Part shown: positions 35,837 through 45,890 of the stretch, piece after piece
Layout of the letters: the number at the start of each line of letters is the position of its first letter
How positions within the stretch are numbered: the stretch's first letter is position 1
Notes under the pieces: model-generated
Told to the model about the DNA's origin: nothing
Databases searched by the model: none
What the model saw: the letters and a program-made list of their open reading frames with translations, nothing else
Made by a program: the position numbers and the translations under genes
NCBI GenBank assembly: GCA_009693255.1
Contig: SHXQ01000008.1
Span: 556 to 64,555, forward strand
Source of the DNA: Methylotenera sp.
GTDB taxonomy: Bacteria > Pseudomonadota > Gammaproteobacteria > Burkholderiales > Methylophilaceae
Reading direction: 5' to 3'
DNA: 64,000 nucleotides

Positions 35837-36874
35837 TTAATTACTTTTTTCTAGGCTTTGCTTATATCGGCTGACTGCTGCAATACTTTCATTGAGTTGT
35901 GGCAACTCAATGCTAATGTTATTAGCGGAAAGTTTTTTTAGTAATTTGAATGACTGGATGGCATCCGAGTGCTTGCTGTCGAAATATTGATTCAGCCATA
36001 TGGAGACGGTATTTAAGTCAGTTTTGTAGCTTGTTTCATCCCGCTGCAACAAAGCAATACGTGCTGTTAACAGCCGTAGTTTTAAGTTCTCACGTAAGTA
36101 AAATTCATGATCGGCAGCCAGTAGTGGTGGCTCAGGTTTGTCGATGCGCTCCACCGTCACTAAGTTTTTAATGTCACTCCAAATCGGAAATATGATCTTT
36201 TGCAAAACGTTAAGTGGGCCAGCTTTAAGCACATTCTTTTGCGTAGCATTTGCATTGAGTGTTGGTTGACGTTCGCTAATTAAAGGCAAATTAGCAGATA
36301 AAGCGGCTAATTTCTCTAACTGTGCACTCATGCTAATGACATCTATTTGAGGTAATTTTCTCAGATTTTCAATTTCAAGCGTGAGCGTTTCACGTAGTTG
36401 TATCGCCCGCGGTAGTTTGATTGGCTCTATGCGTTTGTCAGCTGCTTGCAATGCCAATAATGCAGATTTTATGTTGCCAGCAAGTTGTAATTGTTGATTG
36501 GCCATGGATACAAGCTGCTCAACTTCAGCCAGTGCCGTGGCTTCACGGTTTTCAGCCAGTTGGTTGTACAAGGTCTGTAATACATCCTGTTGGTCGCGCG
36601 ACTCTTCTAATTTTTGCGCCAAAATAATGGTGCGGGCATTAGCTTGCGAGCTGCGTTCAGCAGCTTGCTTTGCGAGCGCTAGACTTTGGTGGTTGAGTGC
36701 TTGATAGTTTTCTAGTTTTTGGCTAAGTGATTTTTCTACTTCAGTAAATCTCTGACGCGTATTTAGCCATAGCCACGTGAGCGTAAACAAGGCCACAACC
36801 ACTAGCATTAACGCGGTGTTTTTGTATAGTGAGGGCTTACCTCTGCTAGAGATTGTTAGGTCTTCTTCAGCCAT
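35837..36874 (-). CDS. hemX: HemX family protein
   Basis: QQLQLAGN..SALLALQAAD, LRENLKLRLLTARIALL. Confidence 0.93.
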   Translation of the reverse strand: MAEEDLTISSRGKPSLYKNTALMLVVVALFTLTWLWLNTRQRFTEVEKSLSQKLENYQALNHQSLALAKQAAERSSQANARTIILAQKLEESRDQQDVLQTLYNQLAENREATALAEVEQLVSMANQQLQLAGNIKSALLALQAADKRIEPIKLPRAIQLRETLTLEIENLRKLPQIDVISMSAQLEKLAALSANLPLISERQPTLNANATQKNVLKAGPLNVLQKIIFPIWSDIKNLVTVERIDKPEPPLLAADHEFYLRENLKLRLLTARIALLQRDETSYKTDLNTVSIWLNQYFDSKHSDAIQSFKLLKKLSANNISIELPQLNESIAAVSRYKQSLEKSN

Positions 36875-37640
36875 GATTATTCACTAGTTGTGATAGGCAG
36901 TTAATCATTGCGCCATCTCCAGGCGCATCAGCGAGCAAAACTTTTAAGCCAAGCTGTAATGGTAGTTCAGCTATTCTAGCGTGATTCACACACAGCGTGA
37001 TTTGTTGTAACCATTCTGATTTCTCGGCTAGGGTTACTAAATTGCGCATGGCTTCGCTACTGGTCACAATGACTGCGTCAAGTTGGCCTTGTTGCCAAAG
37101 GCGACTTAGTGCTTGCGTGTCTGTCTGTGGGTTAGTGCGGCGGTAACATTCCGCAAAAATAACATTTGCGCCACGCGACCTAAGTGTTTTTGCCAATACG
37201 TCGCGCCCACCTAGCCCGCGAAAAATGATTATGGTTTGATTGGCAACGCTATGCATTTCTGGCAAAGCTAATAGCGCCTCACTGTCAAAACGCGCTAGCG
37301 GGCTGAGGACTTGATGAATGTTATAGCGGCTAAGTTGTTTTGCAGTTTGAGGGCCTATCGCTGCAAACTTTAAATTTTTAGGCAGTTTGCCGGCTCTTTT
37401 GAGTATTCTAGGTAAGGCATTATCTACTGCGTTAGTGCTGATAAATATTGCCCAATGCGCATATTCAAGCGTGGCGATGGCTTGTTCAAAGGTATGGTAA
37501 TCTTCTAAGACAGATATGGCAATGAGTGGAAATGGTATGGCATTGCCACCATGATGTTCAATCGCTTCACATATACTCAGCGCCTGATCTACAGGACGCG
37601 TGACTGCAATGTGTAGTCCTTTTAGTAAGCCATCCGCCAT
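36867..37640 (-). CDS. hemD: Uroporphyrinogen-III synthase
   Basis: VTRP, FISTNAV, IGPQTA, VTSSE. Confidence 0.95.
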   Translation of the reverse strand: MADGLLKGLHIAVTRPVDQALSICEAIEHHGGNAIPFPLIAISVLEDYHTFEQAIATLEYAHWAIFISTNAVDNALPRILKRAGKLPKNLKFAAIGPQTAKQLSRYNIHQVLSPLARFDSEALLALPEMHSVANQTIIIFRGLGGRDVLAKTLRSRGANVIFAECYRRTNPQTDTQALSRLWQQGQLDAVIVTSSEAMRNLVTLAEKSEWLQQITLCVNHARIAELPLQLGLKVLLADAPGDGAMINCLSQLVNNHG

Positions 37641-37664
37641 GGTGAAGTAAATATGCGCGCCCTA

Positions 37665-38645
37665 TTAATGACCATCTAATGCAGAAAGTATCTCGTTGGC
37701 GCCTTTTTCTAGCAGTTGATTCGCTAATCGTTTACCTAAAGAGTCTGCTTGATTTCGGCTGCCACTAGCTGTCTCAATCAACATTTGCTGGCCATCGATA
37801 CTAGCAACAAAGCCGGTAATCCGAATTTGATCGCCATCACAGGTCGCATAAGCGCCTAACGGTACGGTACAACTGCCTGCTAACGCTCGGCTCATGGCGC
37901 GCTCGGCTTCTACACATACTTGAGTGTCTGCGTGATTTAGCGGTGCAAGAACCGTGAGCAAGTCAGGGCGATTAGCATTTATTTCAATTCCCAATGCGCC
38001 TTGCCCGACTGCAGGAATACTTTGTTCTGGTGAAATAACGCTGCGAATACGCGCCTTAAGACCCAGCCTAATTAAGCCGGCGGCAGCCAGAATAATGGCC
38101 GCATATTGACCCTCGTCTAGCTTGCGTAAGCGCGTTTGCAAGTTGCCACGTAAGGACTCAATTTTTAGGTGCGGCAAGCGTGCTTGAAGTTGGCTTTGTC
38201 GGCGCAGGCTTGATGTACCGACAATACTGCCAACAGGTAAGTCTTCTAGTGTGGCGAAATCATTTGAAACAAAAGCATCCCGCGGATCTTCACGCTCACC
38301 AGTGGCGGCCATCATAAAGCCATCAGGTAAATTCATCGGCACATCTTTCATGCTATGCACGGCTAAATCTGCACGACCATCTGCTAGTGCCATTTCCAGT
38401 TCTTTTACAAATAAGCCCTTGCCACCGACCTTAGCTAAAGGCATGTCCAAAATTTGGTCGCCAGTAGTGGTCATGCCTAAAATTTCGACTATTGTTTCAG
38501 GGTAAAGTGCTTGTAAGCAACTTTGGATATGCAAGGCCTGCCACATAGCCAGCGGGCTTTCACGTGAAGCAATGACGAGTTTGCTGGGTGCTGTAAAGCG
38601 AGACGCCGTAAACTTAGCCGTTGTGGAGTGGGGTGGGGTAGTCAT
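37665..38645 (-). CDS. hemC: Hydroxymethylbilane synthase
   Basis: [27 protein letters not shown]. Confidence 0.99.
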   Translation of the reverse strand: MTTPPHSTTAKFTASRFTAPSKLVIASRESPLAMWQALHIQSCLQALYPETIVEILGMTTTGDQILDMPLAKVGGKGLFVKELEMALADGRADLAVHSMKDVPMNLPDGFMMAATGEREDPRDAFVSNDFATLEDLPVGSIVGTSSLRRQSQLQARLPHLKIESLRGNLQTRLRKLDEGQYAAIILAAAGLIRLGLKARIRSVISPEQSIPAVGQGALGIEINANRPDLLTVLAPLNHADTQVCVEAERAMSRALAGSCTVPLGAYATCDGDQIRITGFVASIDGQQMLIETASGSRNQADSLGKRLANQLLEKGANEILSALDGH

Positions 38646-38711
38646 GTGCGGTAGGTCTGGCTAATTAATTTGATTGTAAGGTTTAATTTTAACACAAGCA
38701 TCGCCGCGCCT

Positions 38712-39221
38712 TTAACTCGCTCGGACTAAGTGTTGTTGGCGACGGCTCACTGCGATAGTTTCAGGAATATTTTTTAATAAGGCCACCCAGTGTTTGTTAG
38801 TATGACATTCGGTTTCTAGCGCATCATCATGTGTTGGAGCGCGTTGATGCAAATAGAAGTAATATAAGGTTATTGCGCTGACAATGAAAACGAAAAAAAG
38901 CGTACGTGCACTGCTGGGTAAATCGCTAAATATAAATAATTGTGCAATCAGTCTATACATACTGCTACAGGCAAATAGTATGATGCAGAGGGTTGCTAAA
39001 AGGCCTTGCCAGTAACGTAGCTTGGCGAGTAAGGGGTAGCTTGCATATAGTAGTAGCATCGGCTGCGCTACAGCAGAGAAGCTGGTGATTAGCGTAGAAA
39101 ATCCGTTGATATTTTGGCTAAGTACAGCCGTCGCCAACGCGAATAATATATTGACGATGAGTAATATACGTAAGTTAACGCCCAAATTACGCAGATTTGG
39201 CAATCGATTAGATTCTATCAT
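38712..39221 (-). pseudogene. In-frame fusion relic: AlgZ/FimS-type sensor TM region joined to the C-terminal tip of an AlgR-type LytTR regulator
   Basis: LPNLRNLGVNLR N-terminus and TM helices, then WVALLKNIPETIAVSRRQQ; occupies the algZ-algR slot between argH and hemC. Confidence 0.75.
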
Positions 39222-39302
39222 CGCGGTTTCTCAATTTGAGTAGCATCGTAGCTTTTGTGTTTTGCATTATAATGATGATATAAGTATATTATTATTAAAC
39301 AA

Positions 39303-39335
39303 TATTTAGATATTTGTGTGAAAAATATCTAAATA
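39303..39335. repeat. 13-bp perfect inverted repeat upstream of argH
   Basis: TATTTAGATATTT-GTGTGAA-AAATATCTAAATA. Confidence 0.7.
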
Positions 39336-39404
39336 AAAGAAGCCGAATTTAGATGTATGTTTTAAATAGTTAGTTAATATTGACCTGTAAATGAGAAATG
39401 TAAA

Positions 39405-40805
39405 GTGACACAAAAGACAAGCGCACTCAACAACAAAAATACCAGCTGGTCAGGCCGATTTAATGAGCCAGTGGCGGAGCTCGTAAAAAAATATACCGCT
39501 TCAATTGGCTTTGATTATCGATTGGCAGCATTTGATATCCAAGGCTCACTTGCCCACGCACAAATGCTAGGCGCCCAAAAAATTATCAGCTTGGATGACG
39601 TGCAAGCGATTGAAGCTGGCTTAGCTGAAATTTTACAAGAAATTGAGGCTGGGCAGTTTGAGTGGTTGTTAGATCTAGAAGACGTACATTTAAACATTGA
39701 AAAGCGTCTGACCGATAAAATTGGTGACGCAGGTAAGCGCTTACATACTGGAAGAAGCCGTAACGACCAAGTGGCAACCGATGTTAGGTTGTGGTTACGT
39801 GCAACGACAGACCAAGTCATAGCTGGCTTAAAAAAACTACAATTAAGTTTGCTAGATTTAGCCGACGCCCATTTTGATACGGTCATGCCAGGCTTTACCC
39901 ACTTACAAGTAGCGCAGCCCGTGACATTTGGCCACCATTTAATGGCCTATGTTGAAATGCTTGGCCGTGATGGTCAGCGCTTTGCTGACTGTCGTCGTCG
40001 CATCAATCATTTGCCTTTGGGAGCTGCCGCTTTGGCTGGCACGAGCTATCCAATAGATCGTGCATTGGTTGCTAAAAAGCTAGGGTTTGATGGGGTCTGT
40101 GAAAACTCATTAGATGCAGTTTCTGACCGTGATTTTGCTATTGAATTTACCTTTGCAGCTTCCTTGGTGATGACGCATTTATCCAGATTATCTGAAGAGC
40201 TTATTTTATGGAGTTCACCGAGATTCGCTTTTGTAGACATTGCTGATCGGTTTTGCACAGGCTCATCTATCATGCCGCAAAAAAAGAACCCTGATGTACC
40301 GGAACTGGTGCGCGGTAAAACCGGCCGCGTCTATGGCCATTTAACCGCTTTGCTGACACTGATGAAAGGTCAGCCACTTGCCTACAACAAAGATAATCAA
40401 GAAGACAAAGAGCCATTATTTGATACGGCAGATACTTTGCTAGTGACGCTGGAAATCTATGCGGATATGATGCGCGGCATTACCGTCAATAAAGACAAAA
40501 TGCGCCAAGCCGCCAGTGAAGGCTTCGCTACTGCCACTGATCTTGCTGACTATTTAGCTAAAAAAGGCATGCCGTTTAGAGATGCGCATGAAGTAGTGGC
40601 GCTGGCTGTACGTTACGCTGTTGATCAAAAAGTAGCGTTAAGTGATTTACCACTGGGAAAATTACAGCAATTTGCAGCTGAGATTAGTGACGATGTTTAT
40701 GCGGTGTTAACGCTAGAAGGTTCATTGAATAGCCGCAATCACATTGGTGGCACAGCACCAGCACAGGTAAAGGCCGCCATTGCGCGGGCCAGAGCCACAT
40801 TGTAG
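39405..40805 (+). CDS. argH: Argininosuccinate lyase
   Basis: [21 protein letters not shown]. Confidence 0.99.
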   Translation: MTQKTSALNNKNTSWSGRFNEPVAELVKKYTASIGFDYRLAAFDIQGSLAHAQMLGAQKIISLDDVQAIEAGLAEILQEIEAGQFEWLLDLEDVHLNIEKRLTDKIGDAGKRLHTGRSRNDQVATDVRLWLRATTDQVIAGLKKLQLSLLDLADAHFDTVMPGFTHLQVAQPVTFGHHLMAYVEMLGRDGQRFADCRRRINHLPLGAAALAGTSYPIDRALVAKKLGFDGVCENSLDAVSDRDFAIEFTFAASLVMTHLSRLSEELILWSSPRFAFVDIADRFCTGSSIMPQKKNPDVPELVRGKTGRVYGHLTALLTLMKGQPLAYNKDNQEDKEPLFDTADTLLVTLEIYADMMRGITVNKDKMRQAASEGFATATDLADYLAKKGMPFRDAHEVVALAVRYAVDQKVALSDLPLGKLQQFAAEISDDVYAVLTLEGSLNSRNHIGGTAPAQVKAAIARARATL

Positions 40806-40890
40806 ATCAGGCTTAAAAAACACGGTTGATAACGTTTGCAGTATTGCTCAAAGAACTCAAAGTTTTCTTAAGGGGTATTTGTGGTGGCGT

Positions 40891-42063
40891 TCACTTAGGA
40901 CGCACTAAGCAATTGAGGGATACTGCGCTGAAATATTGATTATCAATCAGTCGCTCTGCCACCATTGCCTCCGCTTCAACTAATGCGGTGCCATGTTCAA
41001 AAAAATCATGCGGCAAAAAAACTTCCACTTCAACTTTGCCGCCTATGTAATGAAATACGACACGCAGAGGTTCTGGTAGGTCATGAAGCAGGGGGGATAA
41101 ATGCGTCAATAAACTCTCTCGCCCAGGCATGCGTTGGGTGTTGCTGTCATGATCAATATCATCTTCAGGGTCGACATGTACCAATACATCAGACACCGTT
41201 TGATGGCTCTGAAGAACCCGGCCACGCGCACGCTCAGCAATGCTGTGTCCTTCGGAAACACTAATGCGCGGGTTTACCAGAATGTGAGCATCTACCAGTG
41301 CTCGGTGCGCCATGCGACGCGTACGCAGTTCATGCAAACTTTCGACACCAGGGGTGTCTATTAATGTTTGGCGAATACTGTCTACTTCTTCAATAGAAAG
41401 GCCGGCATCTATGAGTTCCTGAAAAGCATCCCAAGCAAAGACAATACCCATGCGCACAATCATGAAACCAACCAAGATTGCCGCCACGGAGTCAGCATAA
41501 ATAAACCCTAGTAGGTTGGCGCCGACGCCAACCGCTACCACCAATGAAGATGCCGCATCAGAGCGTGCATGCCAAGCATTTGCAATGAGCATGGGAGAGC
41601 GTAGTCGCTCTCCTACTCCTAGCATGTAGCGAAATAATAGCTCTTTGGTAACCAGTGCAATGAGTGCAACCCATAAGGCTAACGGGGCAACGGATGGTAG
41701 ATTTTCAAGGTTCTGCAGTTTTATTGCGGCTGTCACCATGATGGCGCCACCTGTTGCAACAAGAATCGCACCTAACACAAATGAAGCTGCGGTCTCGACC
41801 CTACCGTGGCCATAGGGGTGGCCTTCGTCAGCAGGGTTTTTGCTGTGGTGACTGGCAGTGAGTACCAAAAAATCGCAAACTAAATCAGATAGAGAGTGCA
41901 TACCATCTGCGATCAAGCTTTGCGAATGCGCAAGGAACCCCGCTGCAATCTGCGCAGTGGTTAACAAGGTATTTATTGCAACACTGGCCCAAGTAGAGCG
42001 GTTGGCTAAAGAATGACGTATTGGATCGTCGTAAGAAATGTTTGTCTGGTCTTGCTTGTTCAT
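40891..42063 (-). CDS. Cation diffusion facilitator (CDF) metal transporter with C-terminal extension
   Basis: HSLSD, HPYGHGRVE, HARSD, VHVDP motifs. Confidence 0.93.
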   Translation of the reverse strand: MNKQDQTNISYDDPIRHSLANRSTWASVAINTLLTTAQIAAGFLAHSQSLIADGMHSLSDLVCDFLVLTASHHSKNPADEGHPYGHGRVETAASFVLGAILVATGGAIMVTAAIKLQNLENLPSVAPLALWVALIALVTKELLFRYMLGVGERLRSPMLIANAWHARSDAASSLVVAVGVGANLLGFIYADSVAAILVGFMIVRMGIVFAWDAFQELIDAGLSIEEVDSIRQTLIDTPGVESLHELRTRRMAHRALVDAHILVNPRISVSEGHSIAERARGRVLQSHQTVSDVLVHVDPEDDIDHDSNTQRMPGRESLLTHLSPLLHDLPEPLRVVFHYIGGKVEVEVFLPHDFFEHGTALVEAEAMVAERLIDNQYFSAVSLNCLVRPK

Positions 42064-42160
42064 CGTGTGGGCTTCTTTGCTTATATGAGTCAGATTATAC
42101 GGTTATTTTAAACAATTATCCTATCGACAAAATACAGATGCATTCAGTCAACGCCTATGG

Positions 42161-42213
42161 TCATTATTACGTGCTTAACTTAAGATTATCTTAAGTTAAG
42201 CACGTAATAATGA
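42161..42213. repeat. 53-bp palindrome (26-bp perfect arms, 1-nt centre) containing CTTAAG-N5-CTTAAG
   Basis: TCATTATTACGTGCTTAACTTAAGAT-T-ATCTTAAGTTAAGCACGTAATAATGA. Confidence 0.9.
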
Positions 42214-42257
42214 TGAGCATCATCCACGGTGAAGCCATAATAAGAAGTTAGTTTAAA

Positions 42258-42590
42258 GTGAAAATAAGGATAAAATTTTTGATCTTGAGTGCGACGTTAA
42301 TGGCGATGACAACGCTAACTGCGTGTCATCAAGCACAAGAATCTACAGTTGCCCAAAAGCCTATTGTTGCGGCTGAGGTTCAAGATAGCAAAGTGACGAT
42401 AAAAGTTAAAAGTGCCTTGCAACATGATGAAAAAATCAAACGTTTTAACATTGCGGTAGTCACGCTTAAGAACGATGTTAAACTTAACGGTTTGGTTGAT
42501 CAGCAGGGTCAAACTGACTATGTCGAGCAATTAGTACGTAGTGTCGGAGGTGTTCATAGTATTCATGATGAACTCAGCGTAAAACAATAG
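42258..42590 (+). CDS. BON-domain lipoprotein
   Basis: Lipobox LTAC; DSKVTIKVKSAL...VKLNGLV...GVHSIHDEL. Confidence 0.88.
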   Translation: MKIRIKFLILSATLMAMTTLTACHQAQESTVAQKPIVAAEVQDSKVTIKVKSALQHDEKIKRFNIAVVTLKNDVKLNGLVDQQGQTDYVEQLVRSVGGVHSIHDELSVKQ

Positions 42591-42618
42591 GCACTTCTGT
42601 TTTATTCAACAGGTACCG

Positions 42619-42635
42619 GTTAAGGTTTATTTAAG
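42619..42635 (+). promoter_or_regulatory. Putative PmrA/QseB-type response-regulator box
   Basis: GTTAAG-N5-TTTAAG about 75 bp upstream of the beta-propeller gene. Confidence 0.4.
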
Positions 42636-42709
42636 AAATAGTGCGCAGTCTTATTACCCATGTCATAGGCATAGTTTTTACCATTTAATGCATCTAGGGA
42701 ATTTAATAT

Positions 42710-43774
42710 ATGAAACATCAATTAATTAAACGATTTTTTGCAACTATGTTGCTAGCCTTTGGGGTCATGGGGGGTGCTATGGCTACAGAAAAAGGCGTGG
42801 CTTATGTCTCCAACCAGGAGGGTGGCGTGATGGTCATCGATCTGGCCAGCATGGAAAGCAAAGGTGGCGTGGAGATTGGTGCTAAAGGCCCACGCGGTAT
42901 CGGCGTGACGGCGGATGGTAAATGGTTGGTGACAGCTAACAAAGACGATGGCAATATCTCAGTGATTGATACCAGTGGTGCTAGTGGTCCAAAGTTCGTC
43001 AGCATCGGTAAGAACCCTGAGTTTGTGCGTGTCATGGGCGACCGCGCCTACGTGACTTATGAACCTAGCGCTAAATCTGGTCCCCCGGCAAAACCTGGTG
43101 CTGCGCCTAGCAAGGATGACGATGACAAAGAAGATAAAACACCTGGACGCATTGCCATTGTTGACTTGAATAATGGCAAAGTCATCAGTGAAATTATTGG
43201 TAAACCAGAAACTGAAGGCCTAGAGTTTTCAAAGAATGGCAAACAAATGCTTGTGACTAACGAATCTGACAATTCAATTACAGTGCATGACATGCATTCA
43301 GGAAAATTACTCAAAAGTATACCTGTCGGTAAGTATGGAGAGCGTCCACGTGGGATTAAGACTTCTCCAGACGGCAAGATCATCGTGACCACACTAGAGT
43401 ACGCTGACAAAATGCTGGTACTCAACGACAAGTTTGAAGTCATCAGGGAGGTGACCACAGGCAAGACCCCTTATGGCGTTTCTTTTGACCGTTCAGGCAG
43501 CCGTATTTTTGTTGCGGCTAATAAGGAGAAAGCGCTACAAGTTTTTGATGCGAAGACCTTTGAGAAGATCAAAGACATTTCTACAGGCGATCGCTGCTGG
43601 CACTTTAGTTTCACCCCTGATGATCAGCAAATATTGCTCGCTTGCGGTAAATCGAATGAAATTATCGTGATTGACGCCAATAAGTTGGAAGTGACTAAGC
43701 GCATTGCCGCCAAAGATATGCCTTGGGGTATCGTGACTTATCCAAAATCTATGGGTAGCTTAGATCGTCCTTAA
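42710..43774 (+). CDS. Secreted YVTN/YncE-like beta-propeller protein
   Basis: Signal peptide; repeated AYVSN/LVTAN/AYVTY blades with G..P.G turns. Confidence 0.88.
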   Translation: MKHQLIKRFFATMLLAFGVMGGAMATEKGVAYVSNQEGGVMVIDLASMESKGGVEIGAKGPRGIGVTADGKWLVTANKDDGNISVIDTSGASGPKFVSIGKNPEFVRVMGDRAYVTYEPSAKSGPPAKPGAAPSKDDDDKEDKTPGRIAIVDLNNGKVISEIIGKPETEGLEFSKNGKQMLVTNESDNSITVHDMHSGKLLKSIPVGKYGERPRGIKTSPDGKIIVTTLEYADKMLVLNDKFEVIREVTTGKTPYGVSFDRSGSRIFVAANKEKALQVFDAKTFEKIKDISTGDRCWHFSFTPDDQQILLACGKSNEIIVIDANKLEVTKRIAAKDMPWGIVTYPKSMGSLDRP

Positions 43775-43789
43775 TTTTGGCAACTAAGA

Positions 43790-43822
43790 TTAGTTTGAGG
43801 TCAATTTAAGACCTCAAACTAA
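43790..43822. terminator. Hairpin between convergent genes, overlapping the hemW stop
   Basis: TTAGTTTGAGGTC-AATTTAA-GACCTCAAACTAA. Confidence 0.6.
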
Positions 43823-45058
43823 AAACAACTCCAGCAACACATTTAAAAACCGTTGGCCCAATAAGGTGGGCTTAATCTGCCCTTGCTCAATCACTAGCAG
43901 ACCTTTGTTTTGTGCCTTTTTAAGGGTAGCCTCCAGCGTGTGTATATTCAAGCCTGTGCGCTGCTGAAACAGGGCTATAGGCACCCCTTCAACTAAGCGT
44001 AATGCATTCATCATAAATTCAAAACCGAGTTCATCTTTTCGAATGATCCATTCTCGCTCGAGCGCTTTGCCCTGTAAGGATTGCTCCATGTAGGCTTTAG
44101 GATGTTTGGGCCGAACTTCCCGAGTGATTTTATCGTGATAACTGAGTTTGCTGTGTGCACCTGCACCTATGCCTAAGTAGTCACCAAATTGCCAATAATT
44201 AAGATTATGTTTGGCTTGTTTACCCTTTTTAGCAAACGCAGACGTTTCATAATGTTCGTAACCATGCTGGGCTAATAAACTTTCAATTTCAATTTGCATA
44301 TCACTGCTCGTATCATCATCAGGCAAACTAGGTGGCGTGCGGTAGAACGGGGTATTGGGCTCTAAAGTTAAGTGATAAAAAGATAAATGTGCTGGGTTTA
44401 ATTGCACCGCGGTTTGTGCGTCCTGCATGGCGTCTTTTAAACTTTGATTTGGCAAACCATACATGATGTCGCAATTGACTTGTTCAAAAGTGTTGAGTGC
44501 AAGTGTGATCGCTTGAACGGCTTGCTCACGGTCGTGAATGCGGCCTAAAGCGCTTAAATAATTATTATTAAAGCTTTGTATACCTAAAGAAAGTCGATTG
44601 ACTCCTGCTTGTTTGTAGCCGACAAAATTGACTGCATCTATCGCCCCGGGATTAGCTTCTAGTGTAATCTCCGCATCAAACTCTAACGGCGTGAGCATAC
44701 GCACATGGCTTAAAATTCGATCTATAGATTCGGCTGAGAACAGGCTTGGCGTACCACCACCAAAAAATACACTTTTTATTTTACGCCCCCACACTTTAGG
44801 CGTGGCAAGCTCAAGGTCTGCAATCAGGGCGTCTACATAAGTGCTCTCAGGAATTGCGCCATTTTTATTGCGACTTTCATGCGAATTAAAATCACAATAA
44901 GGGCATTTTTTAACGCACCAAGGAATGTGAATATATAAAGACAGCGGTGGCGAGTGGGTGAGCCCAGAGACTGTGGCTTCACCAGTTAGCGGTGCTATGG
45001 CGTTGACGGCTTTATGGTTGAAATTTTCCGCAGCTTTAATTTCAATAATTTTTTTGAT
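43814..45058 (-). CDS. hemW: Radical SAM heme chaperone HemW (start probably non-canonical ATC at 45058)
   Basis: Frame extends upstream of the track start (44794) through LYIHIPWCVKKCPYCDFNSH; GGGTPS; HNLNYW; downstream of rdgB. Confidence 0.9.
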   Translation of the reverse strand: MKKIIEIKAAENFNHKAVNAIAPLTGEATVSGLTHSPPLSLYIHIPWCVKKCPYCDFNSHESRNKNGAIPESTYVDALIADLELATPKVWGRKIKSVFFGGGTPSLFSAESIDRILSHVRMLTPLEFDAEITLEANPGAIDAVNFVGYKQAGVNRLSLGIQSFNNNYLSALGRIHDREQAVQAITLALNTFEQVNCDIMYGLPNQSLKDAMQDAQTAVQLNPAHLSFYHLTLEPNTPFYRTPPSLPDDDTSSDMQIEIESLLAQHGYEHYETSAFAKKGKQAKHNLNYWQFGDYLGIGAGAHSKLSYHDKITREVRPKHPKAYMEQSLQGKALEREWIIRKDELGFEFMMNALRLVEGVPIALFQQRTGLNIHTLEATLKKAQNKGLLVIEQGQIKPTLLGQRFLNVLLELFLV

Positions 45059-45064
45059 ATGAAC

Positions 45065-45286
45065 TTACCTTTTGTAGGGATTGATGAGTGAATCAACAAG
45101 TTGATGCAAGGTTTCGCGTATTTGTGATTCGCTCACTTCCATCAACAAACCATCTTCAAGCGCATCTTGGGCAATTTGTTTGATTTCGTCAAAGTTCTCG
45201 GTCATGACTTTGACTTTTTCGGTACAAGAGACTACGCCGTTGTCATCACGCAGCCATTTAGGCCAGATTGATTTACGGTTACTCAT
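45065..45286 (-). CDS. Small hypothetical protein (73 aa)
   Basis: ATG overlapping the rdgB end; W...G.VVSCTEKVKVM.EN..E..Q.AQDALED..LM pattern looks like a genuine conserved protein. Confidence 0.75.
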   Translation of the reverse strand: MSNRKSIWPKWLRDDNGVVSCTEKVKVMTENFDEIKQIAQDALEDGLLMEVSESQIRETLHQLVDSLINPYKR

Positions 45287-45890
45287 GCTTGAGTTTTTCC
45301 AGTGTGAGCAGTAATTTCGCCATGGCGTGACCACGGTGGCTAATGCGACTTTTAATTTCTAGCGGCAATTCAGCCACAGTTTTACCAGTTTTTGCATCAA
45401 GAAAAAGCGGGTCATAGCCAAAGCCGTCATTGCCACGATATTCATTTAAAATTTCACCCGCCCAGCGCCCTTCGGCGATGAGTGGTTCTGGGTCATGTTC
45501 GTGGCGAACGAGCACCATGACGCAGTAAAAATGGGCGTGACGGTTTTGTTCTGCAGCTAATACGTCAAGTAATTTTTTATTATTAAGCGCGTCAGATTTT
45601 GGGCTGGTTTCATCAAAACAAGCATAGCGTGCAGAGCGCACGCCTGGCGCGCCGTGTAAGGCATCGACGCATAAGCCAGAATCATCTGCAAGGGCAGGCA
45701 AGCCGGTATGTTTGCTGGCGTGGCGTGCTTTAGCTAGCGCATTCTCGATGAAGGTGAAAAAAGGCTCAGCGCACTCTGGTACATTGAGTAGGGCTTGCGG
45801 GATAATTTCAATTTGTAGCGGTGAAAGTATGTGCTGGATTTCACGTAACTTACCTTGATTGCCTGAAGCAATGACTAGCTTGCTAAGCAC
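45279..45890 (-). CDS. rdgB: dITP/XTP pyrophosphatase
   Basis: [26 protein letters not shown]. Confidence 0.97.
   Translation of the reverse strand: MLSKLVIASGNQGKLREIQHILSPLQIEIIPQALLNVPECAEPFFTFIENALAKARHASKHTGLPALADDSGLCVDALHGAPGVRSARYACFDETSPKSDALNNKKLLDVLAAEQNRHAHFYCVMVLVRHEHDPEPLIAEGRWAGEILNEYRGNDGFGYDPLFLDAKTGKTVAELPLEIKSRISHRGHAMAKLLLTLEKLKHE

Noticed and set aside
38556-38571. parS-like GCTTTCACGTGAAGCA in hemC
   Set aside because: Three mismatches to consensus and explained by the conserved ASRES codons.
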